From Lachnospiraceae bacterium UBA1201 (lineage in GTDB: Bacteria; Bacillota; Clostridia; Lachnospirales; Lachnospiraceae), in the NCBI GenBank assembly GCA_002309675.1, contig DBXX01000016.1:5374-69373 (forward strand): a stretch of DNA of 64,000 bases. The letters run 5' to 3'. Of this stretch, positions 62,192 to 64,000 are shown one piece after another (the first letter of the stretch is position 1; each line of letters begins with the position of its first letter). Under the pieces are notes generated by a model. The model saw nothing but the letters and a program-made list of their open reading frames with translations. It was not told the DNA's origin and searched no databases. Both the position numbers and the translations under genes were made by a program.

Positions 62192-62635
62192 TCACATTCC
62201 GAACCTCTTGCACATCTCTTTCATCCCGAATTCCCGAAAGCCGGTATCCACGAAGCCGACCGACTCATAGAGCCCCTTCGCCACACGATTTCCGGGTGCG
62301 ACTCCGGTATAGATCGTATCCGGGTGGAACTGCTCCTGCACAAAGTTAAGGCCCAGTTCCAGCGCCTTTTTCCCATATCCGCGCCCCTGATAGTTCCGGT
62401 CGATCATGAACTTCCACAGGGTATAATACTGCTTCGCTTCATAATAGCCCATCATGATAAAACCCACGAGCGTCTTATCGTCGTAGACCGCAAACGGCCA
62501 TGCAGTCTCGGAATAAACGTAGGCCTGCGCCAGCGATTCCGCATTGGTCGAAACATAACTCTTCTGGTCTTCATTGACCCGGAGAGCCAGTACATCATCT
62601 AGGTTATCTTTGGTAATCTCTTCTAATCGGATCAT
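62192..62635 (-). CDS. GNAT family N-acetyltransferase
   Basis: From MIRLEEITKDNLDDVLAL, the acetyl-CoA site is YQGRGYGKKALELGLNFV. Confidence 0.8.
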   Translation of the reverse strand: MIRLEEITKDNLDDVLALRVNEDQKSYVSTNAESLAQAYVYSETAWPFAVYDDKTLVGFIMMGYYEAKQYYTLWKFMIDRNYQGRGYGKKALELGLNFVQEQFHPDTIYTGVAPGNRVAKGLYESVGFVDTGFREFGMKEMCKRFGM

Positions 62636-62651
62636 AAATATCCCCATTAAC

Positions 62652-63428
62652 TCATTCTGCGATAAACATTCCGTATTCCTTCGGTACGCGAAGGACGCCA
62701 TTCACCGTATGGGCCGCCAGGACTTCGAGCAGGGTCTCCCGCGAAACATCCTGCATGCCGGACATTCCCGAAAGGGAGTACACGTAGTCGGCCATGTCAT
62801 CTAAGTTCGTAACCTCCAAAGCGTCGGGATAGTCGCAACGTTTCACGTTTGCAAATACCTGCGAGAGCTTCTCTGCGCCGTTTTGCAGGGTAAATGCACG
62901 GTTGGTCTGTGACTGCACCCCGTAGTCTTTCAAAAGGCCGTAGATGTATTCCATGATGCCGTTCTCGCCGAAGGTGGCGCAGTAGAAACGGCCGCCTTCC
63001 TTCAGGACCCGGCGCACCTCACGAAGGCCCTTTTGCAGGTCCGGTACGTGGTACAACATCATGTTGGCGATTACGATGTCAAATGTATGGTCCCCATAGG
63101 GGATATTTTGAATATCGATGGTCTGATACTCGATGCCTTCAAGATCCTTCAGTGTCTCCCGGGTCTGCTCTAGCATGCCTTCCGAAAAATCCGAGAGGAT
63201 CAGTTTTCCGCACTTTTTAACCAGGTCGCCCTTACCGACCCACATGCTGCCGGTGCCGCAGCCCAGCTCCAGCACGCGCATTCCTGCTTCGATCTCATAG
63301 CGATCGGTGATCCAGTTTCCGAATCCCTGTTTATTGACCGAGTATTTGTCGTGGATCGAGATCCGCGCGCTTAAGTTTGCCGATGTCTGATATTGCTTCG
63401 CTACGGAAGCTGTGTCATTGATTCCCAT
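62652..63428 (-). CDS. Class I SAM-dependent methyltransferase
   Basis: From MGINDTASVAKQYQ, motif I is VLELGCGTGSMW. Confidence 0.8.
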   Translation of the reverse strand: MGINDTASVAKQYQTSANLSARISIHDKYSVNKQGFGNWITDRYEIEAGMRVLELGCGTGSMWVGKGDLVKKCGKLILSDFSEGMLEQTRETLKDLEGIEYQTIDIQNIPYGDHTFDIVIANMMLYHVPDLQKGLREVRRVLKEGGRFYCATFGENGIMEYIYGLLKDYGVQSQTNRAFTLQNGAEKLSQVFANVKRCDYPDALEVTNLDDMADYVYSLSGMSGMQDVSRETLLEVLAAHTVNGVLRVPKEYGMFIAE

Positions 63429-63503
63429 TTCCTGTTCTCCTTTTGACTGCCGCGATCCATGGTTGCCGGTTAAGAGCCTGCAACCGGGATGGTCCGTTAA
63501 CAA

Positions 63504-64000
63504 TCACTTTTGTACTTCCTCAATGTAGTGGTCTAATAACCCGTAGATCCAGTCTTTCAGCTTTGAAAACCGAAATCCCAGTTTCTCCGCCTGATCCGTA
63601 TTGATGCTGTACGCCGGCTCGTCATTATACGGAGCCTCTTCGCCGCTTGCATCCAGAACCGCCTTGCAGCCTGTCTTCCGCTCCACATAGTCCAGGATCT
63701 CGCGAACGGAGATCGTTCCCTTGGAACTTCCATTGACCGCGCCCCGAAATGCGTGGTCCACCAAAAATGCGAGGAACCTGCCGGCTTCATCATAACGGAT
63801 AAAACCCATCTGCGCATCGATGTTATCAATATACATGGGGATGCCCTTTATAGCATGCTCCACATAAAAGCGCACGCGGCCCGTGTAATCCTCGCCGCCG
63901 ACCACAAAAGGGTAACGGACAGCGACCCAGTTTCGGTCCGGATAGACCTGCCACAACGCATACTCTGCCTGCCGTTTGATCTCGTCATAGGGAAATGCGG
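63504..64000 (-). CDS. NAD-dependent epimerase/dehydratase-like protein, C-terminal part (gene runs off the right edge)
   Basis: The reading frame stays open to the window end. The C-terminal region resembles the substrate-binding half of SDR-type epimerases. The assignment is tentative. Confidence 0.45.
   Translation of the reverse strand, partial: AFPYDEIKRQAEYALWQVYPDRNWVAVRYPFVVGGEDYTGRVRFYVEHAIKGIPMYIDNIDAQMGFIRYDEAGRFLAFLVDHAFRGAVNGSSKGTISVREILDYVERKTGCKAVLDASGEEAPYNDEPAYSINTDQAEKLGFRFSKLKDWIYGLLDHYIEEVQK

Noticed and set aside
1-64000. A search for rRNA, tRNA, CRISPR arrays, transposases, integrases, phage genes or classical defence genes (restriction, Cas, abortive infection).
   Set aside because: The intergenic regions are short and are explained by promoters, leaders and terminators. 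No ORF translation shows DDE, tyrosine- or serine-recombinase, nuclease-helicase or Cas-like motifs. The AT-rich island has no visible flanking direct repeats or recombinase.

Overview
The window looks like a chromosomal segment of a moderately GC-rich Firmicute, probably a Clostridia or Lachnospiraceae-like gut anaerobe. That taxonomic guess is inferred from gene content: rubrerythrin, dockerin and cadherin-like surface proteins, mcsA-mcsB-clpC, T-box control, and many FtsX-type ABC systems. I call about 60 protein genes, and all but one (an SNF-family sodium symporter, 36479-38017) lie on the minus strand.

Confident housekeeping calls:
- pheS-pheT with a T-box leader
- radA
- mcsA-mcsB-clpC
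- proS
- a GuaA-type GMP synthase ATP-pyrophosphatase domain
- rubrerythrin

The stretch between pheST and radA (about 9.2-23.6 kb) is a mosaic accessory block. It holds a strongly AT-rich island (about 9.2-13.5 kb) with its own near-consensus promoter, two small secreted proteins and an FtsX/FtsX/ATPase module. It also holds a second ATPase/FtsX/FtsX module preceded by a lipoprotein and a soluble DUF2156-GNAT fusion, an AT-rich orphan membrane protein, an FtsX gene remnant, another lipoprotein, and an ABC-2 exporter.

The most unusual signal is non-coding. Between radA and an atypical MarR gene there is a perfect TTGACA-17-TATAAT promoter. It is followed by a sequence carrying the hallmarks of a c-di-GMP-I (GEMM-I) aptamer, an intrinsic terminator, about 190 nt with C-rich motifs and no credible ORF, and then a second strong terminator. 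I read this as a candidate riboswitch-gated small RNA.

Other points of interest:
- A possible non-cellulosomal cohesin/dockerin pair, linking a membrane-spanning surface protein to a peptidoglycan-hydrolase-like protein.
- A MarR regulator with a Gly/Pro/Met-rich repeat tail, and duplicated operators embedded in a perfect promoter.
- A HAD hydrolase interrupted by one in-frame TAG.
- An mcsA-mcsB-clpC operon with no ctsR upstream.

I saw no rRNA, tRNA, CRISPR array, transposase or integrase. All calls come from reading the sequence and the ORF translations by eye. No database search was run, so family names are recognition-based and should be verified.
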